A stretch of DNA of 60,863 nucleotides from Gemmatimonadota bacterium. Its GTDB lineage: Bacteria > Gemmatimonadota > Gemmatimonadetes > Longimicrobiales > Gaopeijiaceae. A program made the translations under genes and the position numbers. Position 1 is the stretch's first letter. The number at the start of each line of letters is the position of its first letter. Below the pieces are notes generated by a model, which did not search any database, was not told the DNA's origin, and saw nothing but the letters and a program-made list of their open reading frames with translations. Where the stretch lies: positions 1 through 60,863 of the forward strand of contig JBDHHQ010000020.1 in the NCBI GenBank assembly GCA_039589315.1. Direction: 5' to 3'. This document shows, piece by piece, positions 9,831 through 19,991 of the stretch.

Positions 9831-10259
9831 ATGGCTTCCGCCACCCGCGGTGACACCGTACGAATCCACTACACCGGCCGGCTCGATGACGGCAAGGTAT
9901 TCGACTCATCGGTGGGCCGTCAGCCGCTCGAGTTCAAGCTCGGCTCGGGTCAGGTCATCGGTGGCTTCGACTCGGCGATCACGGGCATGGAGGCGGGACA
10001 GGAGAAGGCCGTCACGATTCCGGCGGCGGACGCCTACGGTCCCCACCGAGAGGAGCTCCTACTCCGTGTCCCCCGCTCGGATCTGCCCGATGGCTTCGAT
10101 CCTCAGGTCGGACGGCAGATTCAGGTGTCCACGCCAGACGGCCAGACCATCCAGGCCACTGTGGCCCGCGCCGATGAGGAGGGCCTGCTGCTGGATGTGA
10201 ACCACCCGCTGGCGGGCCGCGACCTGACCTTCGACATCCAGCTGGTCTCGGTGACCTAG
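9831..10259 (+). CDS. FKBP-type peptidyl-prolyl isomerase (SlpA/SlyD-like, no His tail)
   Basis: IHYTGRLDDGKVFDSS, GQVIGGF, AYG and DVNHPLAGRDLTF. Confidence 0.93.
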   Translation: MASATRGDTVRIHYTGRLDDGKVFDSSVGRQPLEFKLGSGQVIGGFDSAITGMEAGQEKAVTIPAADAYGPHREELLLRVPRSDLPDGFDPQVGRQIQVSTPDGQTIQATVARADEEGLLLDVNHPLAGRDLTFDIQLVSVT

Positions 10260-10521
10260 GGCCATCCGCGGTGCCACGTTCCGGTCCGACGACCAGAGCG
10301 CGGTAACGACCCTCCCGTAGTACTCGCCTTTCCCCTGGACTCGCCGGTTCCCCCAGGTCGTCCCACGCCGATGGGTCGCCCTGCCCGAGGGTCGAAGCGA
10401 GGGGGGCCTCCCGGAAGCGCTGCGGCCGTCACGCCGAGGCCCGCAGTGGGCCCCGAGGCTAAGTCCACCGTCTTTCGCTGACGACAACTGGCGGAGTGGT
10501 CGTCTCAGCGGGAGGGTGGAT

Positions 10522-11178
10522 ATGCGCCGAATGGCGGGACTACTGACATGGCTGGCCATGGGAGCCTGCTCGAGCCCGGAGTACGGGCTCGAGTCAGTCC
10601 CCACGCCCGCCCCGACAGGGCCCTCGATCGAGAGGGCCGTGGATCCAGTCAGCGGAGTCACCTCGGTCGTGCTGACTCCCTCACCGGTTCAGACGCTCGG
10701 TCCGTCGGACCTCGGCGTGCAGTCACTCTCGGTTGGAGCCCAATACGCCTCGCGGCCTTTGGCCGGACAAGCGACGCGGGATGCGTTCGGCCTCGTCTTC
10801 GTAGCCGTTGCAGATCACTCGACACCGATCTTCGAGCGCGATCGCCGTCTTCTGCTGGACATCGACGGTCAGCTCTACACGAGCGTCCAGAACCCGTCAG
10901 GGCTGCACAGTCTGTACGGGGCCCGCCACACGGAAGCCGGGATCGAGGAGCGCGTGGTGATTCCGGTGGGACCCGATGTGCTTCACTCGCTGGCCCGCGC
11001 CGAGCGGGTGAAGGGGCGTCTTGGATCGTGGGTGATGTTCGAGCTGGCGGGTGACCGCCTGGAGCCGTTCTCCGAGCTGAGCCGCTCCTTGCCCGCCGGG
11101 TCCGGGGACACCGCTGGCGCCGCTCGAGAGGCTGGCGACCGAATCTCTGTCCCGCCCATCGGGCCCGGGTCGGAGTAG
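10522..11178 (+). CDS. hypothetical lipoprotein
   Basis: GGAGGG RBS; MRRMAGLLTWLAMGA-C lipobox-like signal. Confidence 0.6.
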   Translation: MRRMAGLLTWLAMGACSSPEYGLESVPTPAPTGPSIERAVDPVSGVTSVVLTPSPVQTLGPSDLGVQSLSVGAQYASRPLAGQATRDAFGLVFVAVADHSTPIFERDRRLLLDIDGQLYTSVQNPSGLHSLYGARHTEAGIEERVVIPVGPDVLHSLARAERVKGRLGSWVMFELAGDRLEPFSELSRSLPAGSGDTAGAAREAGDRISVPPIGPGSE

Positions 11179-11323
11179 GAGCGCGGAGAGCCGTACCAGC
11201 CCACGCCGAACCCGTCGCCGGGTGGTGCTAGACGGAACCCAGGTCATCGGCTGGCCACCTCCGAGGGTCCGGAACGCCGCCCACGCTCACCTGTCTCGAT
11301 GCGCCGGGCGCGTCCCAGACTGC

Positions 11324-12064
11324 CTACTGCGTCACCGACCCGGCGAACACCAGCCGCCCGTCTGTCACGGCGAGGTGCTCGATCTCCGCGTAGTCCTGTC
11401 CCATGAGGATCATGGACGAGAGCATGGCCCCCATGCGGTCGAAGGCCCACTCCGGAGCAGGAATCCGACCGAGACGACCCTCGACGAAGTCGAGCTCCAG
11501 CTCGCCGCTCGCAGCCCTGGGGGAGACGACAAGCAGAGCGGGTTGCCGCCAACGCCACGCCTGCAGGTACCCGGCGGCCACGATCTGACCGCTGTCGGTG
11601 AAGCGGACCTGGGCATCCTTCAGCGTGAGCTTCGGGTTGAGAGCCGACCGAAGGCGCTCCGACCAGGTGAGGTCTGGGTTCTCGGCCATCCGCGTCTCGA
11701 GCAGCTCCTCCATCCGGCCGGTTTCCTGTGCCCGCTCTACCTCTTCCGGTGTCATGGTCTGAAGCACCTGCAACGCCTCGGAGATCTGCATGCCGATGGC
11801 CAGGGCGGACGTGGCCTCCCGTTCGGTGATGCTGAGGCGCACGCGCCGGGTGGACGTGCTGGACTGGAGGGCCGTTCCGACCTTGCCGATGAAGCTTTTG
11901 GCGGCGTCCTGCGACACGGGCACCTCGGGGCCGTAGTCGGCCAGCATGGTGTCCAGGGTTGCCCCATCGGAGCACTGGGTCACCGACAGGGCCAGTACCA
12001 CCAGTCCGATGAGCAGGACGATCAGGCGTCCTCGGCGCAATCTGGGAAGTCGTATGAAGCGCAT
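11324..12064 (-). CDS. hypothetical membrane-anchored protein (possibly LmeA/DUF2140-like lipid-binding fold)
   Basis: Basic N-terminus, hydrophobic helix, then ITEREA..L and alternating beta strands. The fold guess is weak. Confidence 0.6.
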   Translation of the reverse strand: MRFIRLPRLRRGRLIVLLIGLVVLALSVTQCSDGATLDTMLADYGPEVPVSQDAAKSFIGKVGTALQSSTSTRRVRLSITEREATSALAIGMQISEALQVLQTMTPEEVERAQETGRMEELLETRMAENPDLTWSERLRSALNPKLTLKDAQVRFTDSGQIVAAGYLQAWRWRQPALLVVSPRAASGELELDFVEGRLGRIPAPEWAFDRMGAMLSSMILMGQDYAEIEHLAVTDGRLVFAGSVTQ

Positions 12065-12219
12065 GGGCCTGGGCTCGGGCTGGGGTTGAACGGCTTGTCA
12101 TGCCCTAGAGCGCAGGATAGCGCCGAGATCCGCCAGCGTCACCAACCTCCGCCTCGCCGGCAGACACCCCCGCAGACCGGGGAATTGGCTCTGTCAGCGG
12201 TCGAACACGGATCGCACCT

Positions 12220-12516
12220 TCAGTCGAGCCATCCGCCGAAGTACTCACGGTGCGCTTCGCATCGACAGCGCTTATCCCAGGGCTCTTCGCACCGCCGGAT
12301 GATTGCGAGCCATTGCTCGGCCCTTTCGCGGGGAAACGGCTCGCCGGGCCGAACCACCTCTTCGCCGTGGAACCGGTCGCGGGATCTGCTTCTCGTGTAC
12401 GCGGTGCAGTCCGGGCAGTAGAACCAGGACTCGGTCTCTTCGTCTCCCATGATGCTTCCGGAGATCGACGCCACCGGTCTTTCCAGCGGCTTGCCGCAAT
12501 GCGCACAACCGGTCAA
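12220..12516 (-). CDS. small Cys-rich putative metal-binding protein
   Basis: AAGGAG RBS before TTG; CAHC, CPDC and C..CRCEAH motifs. Confidence 0.65.
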   Translation of the reverse strand: MTGCAHCGKPLERPVASISGSIMGDEETESWFYCPDCTAYTRSRSRDRFHGEEVVRPGEPFPRERAEQWLAIIRRCEEPWDKRCRCEAHREYFGGWLD

Positions 12517-12635
12517 CCGACCCGCTCCTTCCTTCGGCACGCGATGGGTCTGGCCTGGGAATCGCCCGTCGGCCGCGCCTCCCGGAGTCCCTCTACGGAG
12601 CTAGCTCATCCATACGCCGCAGCTGTCCGTTGAGA

Positions 12636-13319
12636 TCAGCTGCCCTCGCCAGCACCTCTGCCGAGCAACACGCTGATGCTGATGCCGAAATCCGGACCGC
12701 TGTGGTTCTCGTGCCCGCCGATCGGATCCGAGAAGTCCGTCATCAGGTGGTAGCCCGCCTGGAAGCCCAGCATGAAGAGCCGACTGAGCTGGACGTCCAG
12801 GCCCGCGCCCAGGCGACCGCCGAAGGCCGTCCGCGTGATCGACTCGTTCACGATCACGGAGCCCACCTCGGACGCCGTCTCCGTCCCGAATACCGGCCCC
12901 AGGGCGCCGGCCGCATACGGTCTCCACTTGCTGCCATACGTGGAGCGGGGAAAGTAGTATCTGAGGCCGGCGAACAGCGGCACGACCGTAGCCGTGCGCG
13001 TGCTGACGCCGCCCGCGCCGACTCGCGATTCCACGTCGCTCGTCAGCACACCCACCCCGACGGTGAGGGCGAGCTCCTCCTGCAGCCAATACGAATACCC
13101 GAAGCTGCCGAGGAAGCCTGCTGCGCTGGTCTCGGTGATGACGCCACCAGCTGACGCCGAGGAGGATGTGCTGGCTCGAATACCCACGCCGAGCTGCAGT
13201 TCCAGCCGGGATCGTTGAGCGAGGTCCTGAGCTTGAAGCGCAACCGAGGTCGCAGTAAGGAAACCGACCGCCAGCGCACCGATGCGTGAGCGTCTCCAGA
13301 TCGTCCCCGAGGTGAGCAT
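12636..13319 (-). CDS. outer-membrane beta-barrel protein (OmpW/OmpA-like barrel)
   Basis: GGAGG RBS, signal peptide, VPLFAGLRYYF, RPYAAGALG and FGGRLGAGLD strands. Confidence 0.8.
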   Translation of the reverse strand: MLTSGTIWRRSRIGALAVGFLTATSVALQAQDLAQRSRLELQLGVGIRASTSSSASAGGVITETSAAGFLGSFGYSYWLQEELALTVGVGVLTSDVESRVGAGGVSTRTATVVPLFAGLRYYFPRSTYGSKWRPYAAGALGPVFGTETASEVGSVIVNESITRTAFGGRLGAGLDVQLSRLFMLGFQAGYHLMTDFSDPIGGHENHSGPDFGISISVLLGRGAGEGS

Positions 13320-13530
13320 CTTCCCGGCCCTCCTGCTTCATCGTGACTGCACGGAAACCGGGTTCTCACCGGGTCGCGTGCACCTGACTGGTCTCCCGCA
13401 CGACCGTTGGTGACGCCAGGCGACCAGACTCGCCCTTGATGACGCTAGCCGGAGCGGCTCACCGCCGTCTGTCCGAGAATCTCCACGCAACGGTGTCCGG
13501 CAAATCACGGGTTCACCGTCGGCTGTGCGA

Positions 13531-14088
13531 TCAGCCTGGCGGCTCGGCGTCCAGGGGCGGAAGCGGATCGAGCCGATCCAGCCAACGGCGGTGCCAGGCC
13601 CTGGGGGTCGTCCCGATCTGGTCGAACAACGTGGGCCAGTCGAGATCGAGCCACATCTCGATCATCTTGCCGTTGGCAAATCGGGCTACGCCCAGGACGC
13701 GGAACCGGACCGGAGCCCGGGTGGGAGGAATGCCCAGGAACTCGCCCGTGTGCGTGCCGGATTGCGTCAGCCGGAATGCCACCTTGTCCGCCCCGCCGAA
13801 GACCTCCTCGACCGTCAGGTCGAGGTCCGAGAAAGAGCGACGAAACTGCCGGATCGCGCGTTTCTGGGCGGCGCAATCGAGAGGCTCGGGATCACCGGCC
13901 GCGTGAAAGCGGTAGCGAGGGGCGCAGAGCTCGTCGAACCACTCGAAGCTGCCGGCGTCGAGGTCCGCCAGGAGGCGCGTGAGGAGCGCCGCGTTGGTGC
14001 CCTCCTGTGACAACTGCGGACTGATGCACCCCGAAAGCATCGTGAGGAACGCGGCGGACGAGCTCGCGGCGAACGAGCGCACGGACAT
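13531..14088 (-). CDS. SnoaL-like ester cyclase family protein, probable lipoprotein
   Basis: FSDL..TVEE..G..DKVA.R....GTHTGEFLGIPPT; lipobox-like LSGC; AAGGAG RBS. Confidence 0.85.
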   Translation of the reverse strand: MSVRSFAASSSAAFLTMLSGCISPQLSQEGTNAALLTRLLADLDAGSFEWFDELCAPRYRFHAAGDPEPLDCAAQKRAIRQFRRSFSDLDLTVEEVFGGADKVAFRLTQSGTHTGEFLGIPPTRAPVRFRVLGVARFANGKMIEMWLDLDWPTLFDQIGTTPRAWHRRWLDRLDPLPPLDAEPPG

Positions 14089-14400
14089 GACGGGCTCCTT
14101 GGCTGGGCCATCGGGATCCTGGGGATCTCGCTCGTTCCGTTACCAGCCAAGGACGGAAACGATCCGTGGGCCGTTTGCCGGACCATGGGACCGCCTGGGG
14201 GACAGATGCGTTATCTGGGTCGCCATGTTTCCCCACTCCCATTTCCACGATATCCCGACTGCCGTGACATAGCTGGCTCGTTATGCTCCTTCCGGTTCGT
14301 TCGGGCACGCGGCATGGGCTCCCCCGGAGGCTACCCGGCAACGCTTGTGAGAGCGATCTCGGCGTGTCCGTCATCTGCACCCTTGCGAGGAGGCAGGGCG

Positions 14401-15738
14401 ATGTACACGTCACGAATGATCGGTTCCGCAGTACTCCTTGTCGTCTTGTCCGCAGCCTGCGCTGAGGACCGCCCCACCGCCCCGGAGACGTCCCTGCAAA
14501 GCGGCGCCGTGCTCTTCAACGGCGCTCTTTCGCCCAACGAGCAGTTGGGCAAGTCGATCTTCTTCGATCGGAACCTCTCGATCAACCAGAACCAGTCGTG
14601 CGCGGCCTGCCACGCCCTGGAGGTCGGCTTCACGGGTCCGATCTCCGACATCAACGCCGCAGGGGCCGTCTACGAAGGGTCGATTCTGGGTCGGTTTGGC
14701 AACCGGAAGCCCCCCAGCGCCGCCTACGCGACGCCGAGCCCCATCCTGCAGTACGTGATGGAGAAGGGCGACGCCCTGTTCATCGGAGGGAACTTCTGGG
14801 ATGGCCGCGCCACGGGCGAGAAGCTGGGGAATCCGGCTGCGGATCAAGCTCAGGGGCCGTTTCTGAACCCAGCGGAGCAGGCTCTGCCAGACAACGCCTG
14901 TGTGATCTACCGCGTGTGCAACCCCACCGTCCCGGGTGACTACCCGACCTCGTTCGAGGATGTCTGGGGTTGGGAGGCGTGCGACATGAACTGGCCCGCG
15001 GACGTGGAGGCGGCCTGTGCGACCGAGAGCGCCACGGTCACGCTGTCCACTGAAGATCGGGAAACGGTCGAGACCAGCTACGATCAGGTCGCTCTCTCGA
15101 TCGCAGCGTATGAGGCCTCCAGCGAGGTGAACCCCTATTCGTCCAAGTACGACGCGTTCCTGGCAGGCTGGGTACGTCTGACCCAGGAGGAGAAGAAGGG
15201 CCTTCAGATGTTCAAGGCGAAGGGGAAGTGCGGGGGCTGCCACATCCTGGATCGGGGGCCCAACGGCGAGCCCCCGCTCTTCACGGACTTCACCTTCGAC
15301 AACCTGGGCGTTCCGGCGAACCCGGATAACCCGGTGTACAACGCGAATCCCACCTTCGTGGACTACGGCCTGGGCGGCTTCCTGGCAACCCGTACCGACT
15401 ACGCGGGGTTCGCGGAGGACAATATGGGCAAGCAAAAGGTCCCGACCCTGAGGAACGTCGCCAAAGGGCCGGCGAGCTCGTTCGTCAAGGCCTACACGCA
15501 CAACGGCTACTTCAAGACCCTCGAGCAGGTCGTTCACTTCTACAACACACGAGACGCGAAGCGCACCTGCGCGGATCCCTTCACGCCGGTCGAAGACGCC
15601 CTGGCGCAGAACTGCTGGCCGGCGCCCGAGGTGGAGGAAAACGTCAACACCGACGAGCTCGGGAATCTCCATCTGACCGACGACCAGGAGAAGGCCATCG
15701 TGGCGTTCCTGAAGACGCTGTCCGACGGCTACTTCTAG
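14401..15738 (+). CDS. diheme cytochrome c peroxidase family, MauG/BthA-like
   Basis: Two CxxCH (CAACH, CGGCH), LGKSIFFD.NLS, FWDGRA, KVPTLRNV and VVHFYN; lipobox-like SAAC. Confidence 0.88.
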   Translation: MYTSRMIGSAVLLVVLSAACAEDRPTAPETSLQSGAVLFNGALSPNEQLGKSIFFDRNLSINQNQSCAACHALEVGFTGPISDINAAGAVYEGSILGRFGNRKPPSAAYATPSPILQYVMEKGDALFIGGNFWDGRATGEKLGNPAADQAQGPFLNPAEQALPDNACVIYRVCNPTVPGDYPTSFEDVWGWEACDMNWPADVEAACATESATVTLSTEDRETVETSYDQVALSIAAYEASSEVNPYSSKYDAFLAGWVRLTQEEKKGLQMFKAKGKCGGCHILDRGPNGEPPLFTDFTFDNLGVPANPDNPVYNANPTFVDYGLGGFLATRTDYAGFAEDNMGKQKVPTLRNVAKGPASSFVKAYTHNGYFKTLEQVVHFYNTRDAKRTCADPFTPVEDALAQNCWPAPEVEENVNTDELGNLHLTDDQEKAIVAFLKTLSDGYF

Positions 15739-16040
15739 CGCGGTCGGCTCAGGCGGGGTGAAAGGGTCCTCTACCCGTCGGGCCCCTCACGGCGAGTGGC
15801 TACCACGTGAGCCGCCCGCCGTGGTGCGGCCTCACTTCGGCAGGTGGCGGGTCAGGTCGGTCCGCTGAGCGCCCGACGTCATCCTCTGGCCTCCCACCAC
15901 GATCCGGCCCTGAGTGGCGACGCCTACGGCCGAGCATCCGAGCGCCACGGGCGTGGCCCGGTGAGCCCGGACCGCGTAGTCTGTGGGCCTGTGTCCGGTC
16001 CCCCGCGTCCAACCCCAGCTCGGTCCGTCGGAGCGCTGCC

Positions 16041-19000
16041 ATGAACCCCACACGCTCGCGTCGTCTGTTGGCCTGGATCTGCCCGCGTAACGGGATCGTC
16101 CCGCTGATCGTGGCCTTCTCGGCCCTCGTTGCCCCCACCCGGCTCTCCGCCCAGGAGGCCGAGGCCGAGCCGGCCTCCGACTGGGACGTCACGTTGGCCC
16201 GGGGCGAGACCCGGACGGTGGAATTCACCACGGCCGAGGGCACGTGGATGTCGGTGGACCTCTCCCCGGACGGCGAGTGGATCGTCTTCGACCTGTTGGG
16301 CGAGATCTACCGGGTGCTTCGGGGCGGCGGCGACGCCGAGATCCTCACGGGCGACGTCGGCGTGGCCGTGAGCTACCACCCGCGCTATTCCCCCGACGGC
16401 CGGCACATCGCGTTCGTGTCGGACCGGGGCGGCCAGGACAACCTGTGGATCATGGACGCCGACGGGACGAATCCCCGGGCCGTCTTCGAGGACATGAACG
16501 TTCGGGTGGTGGAACCCGCGTGGACGCCAGACGGGGACTACGTGGTCGTGCGCAGAACCCGCTTCGGGCGACCGGGTCAGCCCGGACAAAGCGGGCTCTG
16601 GATGTACCATAGGGATGGCGGCGAAGGGGTGAAGCTGACTGGTTCGGACCAGTCGGGCGCCGCATGGCCGTCGCTGTCGAGAGACGGGCGTCACCTGTAC
16701 TTCCACGTCCGCGCCGGACAGGGCGCAGGCCTGGGCCGTGACGTACTGGCCGGCGCCTGGCAGCTGCGCCGGAAGAACCTGGTGACGGGCGAGGTCGCCG
16801 ACGTGACCGCCGGCCGGGCTCAGCAGCAGATCCGGGGGTCCAGCGGAGGCGCCTACGCGGCCGAGCTGTCGCCGGACGGCCGCTGGCTCGCCTTCGCTCG
16901 GCGCATTCCGGACGGCACGATCTCGTACAAGGGCCACCGGTACGGCCCCCGCACCGCGCTCTGGGTCCGGGATCTGGAGACTGGCGCGGAGCGGGTTCTC
17001 ATGGACCCCACCACCGCCGACAACGCCGAAGGGATCAAGACGCTGCGGATCCTGCCGGGATACGATTGGTCCGACGACGGCCAGTCGATCGTAATCTCTC
17101 AAGGTGGGAAGATCCGCATTCTGGACGTGGCCAGCGGCGACGTGGAAACCGTGCCCTTCGAGGCCCGGGTCCGCCGCATCATGAGTGAGGAAACCCGAGC
17201 CGACTTCGCCATCACGGACGAACCGTTCCGCACCCGGTTCCTCCGGTGGCACGGCGTCTCACCGGATGGCCAGTCCCTCGCCTTCCAGGCCGTGGGTCGA
17301 GTCTGGACGGTGCCCGTCTCGGGGGGTACACCGTCCCGTCTGACGTCCGACGACTTCGAGCCCTTCGAGTACGCCCCGGCGTGGTCCCCGGACGGCCGAT
17401 GGATCGCGTTCGTGTCCAAGGACGAGGCCAACCAGGGCCAGGTCTGGCGGGTCACGGCTGGCGGGGGCACGCCCGAGCGGCTCACCACCCGGTTCGGGGA
17501 ATACGCCAATCCGGTCTGGAGCCCGGACGGCACCCATCTCGTCGTGGCCCGCGGCTCGGGTGCTTCGGCCAGGGCACGGGGAATGCGGTGGACCGAGGAG
17601 TGGGAACTCGTGCGCATCGACGCAACCGGAGGCGACGCCGAGCTGGTGGTCGGCGTCCGCGGAGGCGGTGCGTCCCGCCGGCAGGTGGTCCGTGCCTCCT
17701 TCGGACCCGAAGGACGGATCTTCTACAACGAGCGCATCGAGCAGGAAGGTGAGTCGCCGTCCACGGTGTCGGCGCTCGTCTCGGTTCGCCCAGACGGATC
17801 CGACCGCCGGGTTCACGTGACGCTCCGCTGGGCCGACGAGATCGTGACGTCACCCGACGGCCGATGGCTCGCCTTCCAGGAGGGTGACAACGTCTTCGCC
17901 GCGCCCTACCCGTGGCAGGGCTCGGGCGGCGCGCCCATCGACCTGGACAAGAAGAAGGGCGCCGTTCCGGTGACGACACTCACCACGGAGGGCGGCCTCT
18001 TCCCGCGCTTCCGCGATGCCGCGACGCTGGAGTACGGGAGCGGGTCCTTCTACTACTCCTATGACGTGTCGTCCGAATCGGGAGATACCACCGAGGTCAC
18101 GCTGACCGTGCCTCGGCGCATCCCCGACGGATCCATCGCGCTGACCAACGCCCGGATCATCCCCATGGTGGAGGACCAGGTGATCGTCAACGGGTCGGTG
18201 GTCGTGGAGGGGGCCCGCATCATGTGCGTCGGGGACTGTGAGACGTCAGGTGCGGACGAGGTCATCGACGTGGGCGGCGCGACCGTGATTCCCGGCTTCG
18301 TCGACATGCACGCCCACCACTACCGGGAGTTTGGTGCACTCCATCCCAGAACCAACTTCGAGTCCGCCGTCTACCTGGCCTACGGCGTGACGGCCAACCT
18401 GGACAACTCCATGTGGTCCCAGTCCGTGTTCTCGGCAGCCGAGCTGATCCGGGCCGGAATGATGCCGGGTCCTCGGACCTACAGCACCGGCGATCCGGTC
18501 TACCGGGGCGACGGCGCCCGTCAGAACGAGATCACCTCGCGGGAGGTGGCCCACCAGAACGTGAACCGCCTGGCCAACTGGGGCGCGGTCGGGATCAAGC
18601 AGTACCTCCAGCCTCGCCGCGATCAGCGGCAGTGGGTGACGGAGGCCGCCCGAGAGCGGGGACTCATGCTCACCGCCGAGGGCAGCAACCTGCCGTACTC
18701 CCTCGGCATGATCATGGATGGCCACACTGCGTTCGAGCACCCGCTCAGCTACGTGCCGCTCTACAGCGACGCGTCCCGAATCCTGGGCATGGCGGGCGCC
18801 ACGTACTCGCCGACGTTCGTGGTCGGCGGTCCTGGGCCGTGGAACGAGGAGTACTTCTTCGCCGAGACGGACGTCTGGCGCGAGGAGAAGCAGCGGCGCT
18901 GGATGCCGTGGCGACAGATCGTGCCCCACCTGAGGCGGCGCATGCTCCGACCCGACACCGACTACAGCTTTCCCATGATCGCCCAGGGCATGGCCGACGT

Positions 19001-19400
19001 CATCGAGCACGGAGGCTACGGCGCCATCGGCTCCCACGGGCAGGCCCACGGCATCGCGTCACACTGGGAGATCTGGATGATCGCCGAGGCCATGGGCCCC
19101 ATGGGAGCCCTTCAGGTGGCGACCATGCACGGCGCCCGCTTCCTGGGGGCCGACGACGATCTGGGAAGCCTCGAGACCGGCAAGCTGGCCGACCTGCTCG
19201 TGCTGAACGCGAATCCTCTGGACGACATCCGAAACACCACGGACATCCGCTACGTGATGCAGGGCGGGATCCTCTGGGACGGGAACACGCTCGACGAGGT
19301 GTGGCCCGAAGCCCGGCCTTTCGGACCGACATGGTGGGTGGACGACGAGGCGCTGCTGGAGGATGATCGGCCAGTGGGATGGTGGGACGGGAATCGGTAG
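16041..19400 (+). CDS. exported PD40 beta-propeller plus amidohydrolase fusion
   Basis: EGTWMSVDLSPDG and many SPDG repeats; IPGFVDMHAH metal motif; GSLETGKLADL..L.ANPL tail. Confidence 0.9.
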   Translation: MNPTRSRRLLAWICPRNGIVPLIVAFSALVAPTRLSAQEAEAEPASDWDVTLARGETRTVEFTTAEGTWMSVDLSPDGEWIVFDLLGEIYRVLRGGGDAEILTGDVGVAVSYHPRYSPDGRHIAFVSDRGGQDNLWIMDADGTNPRAVFEDMNVRVVEPAWTPDGDYVVVRRTRFGRPGQPGQSGLWMYHRDGGEGVKLTGSDQSGAAWPSLSRDGRHLYFHVRAGQGAGLGRDVLAGAWQLRRKNLVTGEVADVTAGRAQQQIRGSSGGAYAAELSPDGRWLAFARRIPDGTISYKGHRYGPRTALWVRDLETGAERVLMDPTTADNAEGIKTLRILPGYDWSDDGQSIVISQGGKIRILDVASGDVETVPFEARVRRIMSEETRADFAITDEPFRTRFLRWHGVSPDGQSLAFQAVGRVWTVPVSGGTPSRLTSDDFEPFEYAPAWSPDGRWIAFVSKDEANQGQVWRVTAGGGTPERLTTRFGEYANPVWSPDGTHLVVARGSGASARARGMRWTEEWELVRIDATGGDAELVVGVRGGGASRRQVVRASFGPEGRIFYNERIEQEGESPSTVSALVSVRPDGSDRRVHVTLRWADEIVTSPDGRWLAFQEGDNVFAAPYPWQGSGGAPIDLDKKKGAVPVTTLTTEGGLFPRFRDAATLEYGSGSFYYSYDVSSESGDTTEVTLTVPRRIPDGSIALTNARIIPMVEDQVIVNGSVVVEGARIMCVGDCETSGADEVIDVGGATVIPGFVDMHAHHYREFGALHPRTNFESAVYLAYGVTANLDNSMWSQSVFSAAELIRAGMMPGPRTYSTGDPVYRGDGARQNEITSREVAHQNVNRLANWGAVGIKQYLQPRRDQRQWVTEAARERGLMLTAEGSNLPYSLGMIMDGHTAFEHPLSYVPLYSDASRILGMAGATYSPTFVVGGPGPWNEEYFFAETDVWREEKQRRWMPWRQIVPHLRRRMLRPDTDYSFPMIAQGMADVIEHGGYGAIGSHGQAHGIASHWEIWMIAEAMGPMGALQVATMHGARFLGADDDLGSLETGKLADLLVLNANPLDDIRNTTDIRYVMQGGILWDGNTLDEVWPEARPFGPTWWVDDEALLEDDRPVGWWDGNR

Positions 19401-19443
19401 GTCGCCAGGGTTGGTCAAGGAGGATGACAGAGGGCCTCGAGAC

Positions 19444-19590
19444 TCAGTCCGTCCTGGGCGCAGCACCACGCAGCTTGACGCGCCACTCACCTACCCGACC
19501 CCCGTCGATACCGACGCGTATCTCTTCGACCTCCACGCTCGCGAGGTCGGGGAGCACCGTCTCGGCTTGTTCCTCGAACGGACCGGTCAT
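19444..19590 (-). CDS. small dodecin-like protein or remnant (48 aa)
   Basis: AGGAG RBS; EQAETVLPDLASVEVEEIRVGIDGGRVGEWRVKLR resembles the dodecin helix and beta hairpin, but the first strand is missing. Confidence 0.4.
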   Translation of the reverse strand: MTGPFEEQAETVLPDLASVEVEEIRVGIDGGRVGEWRVKLRGAAPRTD

Positions 19591-19646
19591 GGTGGATCTC
19601 CTACAGAGGATTATGGCGGGTCCGGACGAGGGCCAGCCGAAGACCG

Positions 19647-19991
19647 CTATCCTACACGAATCCCCTCGATCAGCCACCGCAAGAACGGGAGCTTGTGAGG
19701 TTCCGGTACTCCCAGGTACGGGCCGAGGGCAAGGTCATAGCTCAGGCACATCGTCAGTTCGTCAGGCTGTGCCGACGCCGGGACGCCCGCTTTGTAGGAC
19801 TCGACGCAGCCTTCCCACAGGGCTCGTACCTTCGTCTCGTACTCGTCGCCCCACCGGTCTCTGAAGTGCTCCACCGGGTCAACCGACCGGGCGAACCGGA
19901 TGATCTGCTCGAGCGTGGCGTCAGCCCCAGGCAGGGCCTCTGAAGAGGGCGTCTTCGACGGTGGTCGTCCGTCCTGATCCATCTGCGTCAC
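19647..19991 (-). CDS. hypothetical protein
   Basis: GTG overlaps the upstream TGA (GTGA); globular composition; no known motif. Confidence 0.6.
   Translation of the reverse strand: MTQMDQDGRPPSKTPSSEALPGADATLEQIIRFARSVDPVEHFRDRWGDEYETKVRALWEGCVESYKAGVPASAQPDELTMCLSYDLALGPYLGVPEPHKLPFLRWLIEGIRVG

Noticed and set aside
13320..13530. Possible structured leader upstream of the beta-barrel gene (CTGGTC/GACCAG and GCACG/CGTGC stems)
   Set aside because: No known riboswitch consensus; stems this short are common at this GC content.
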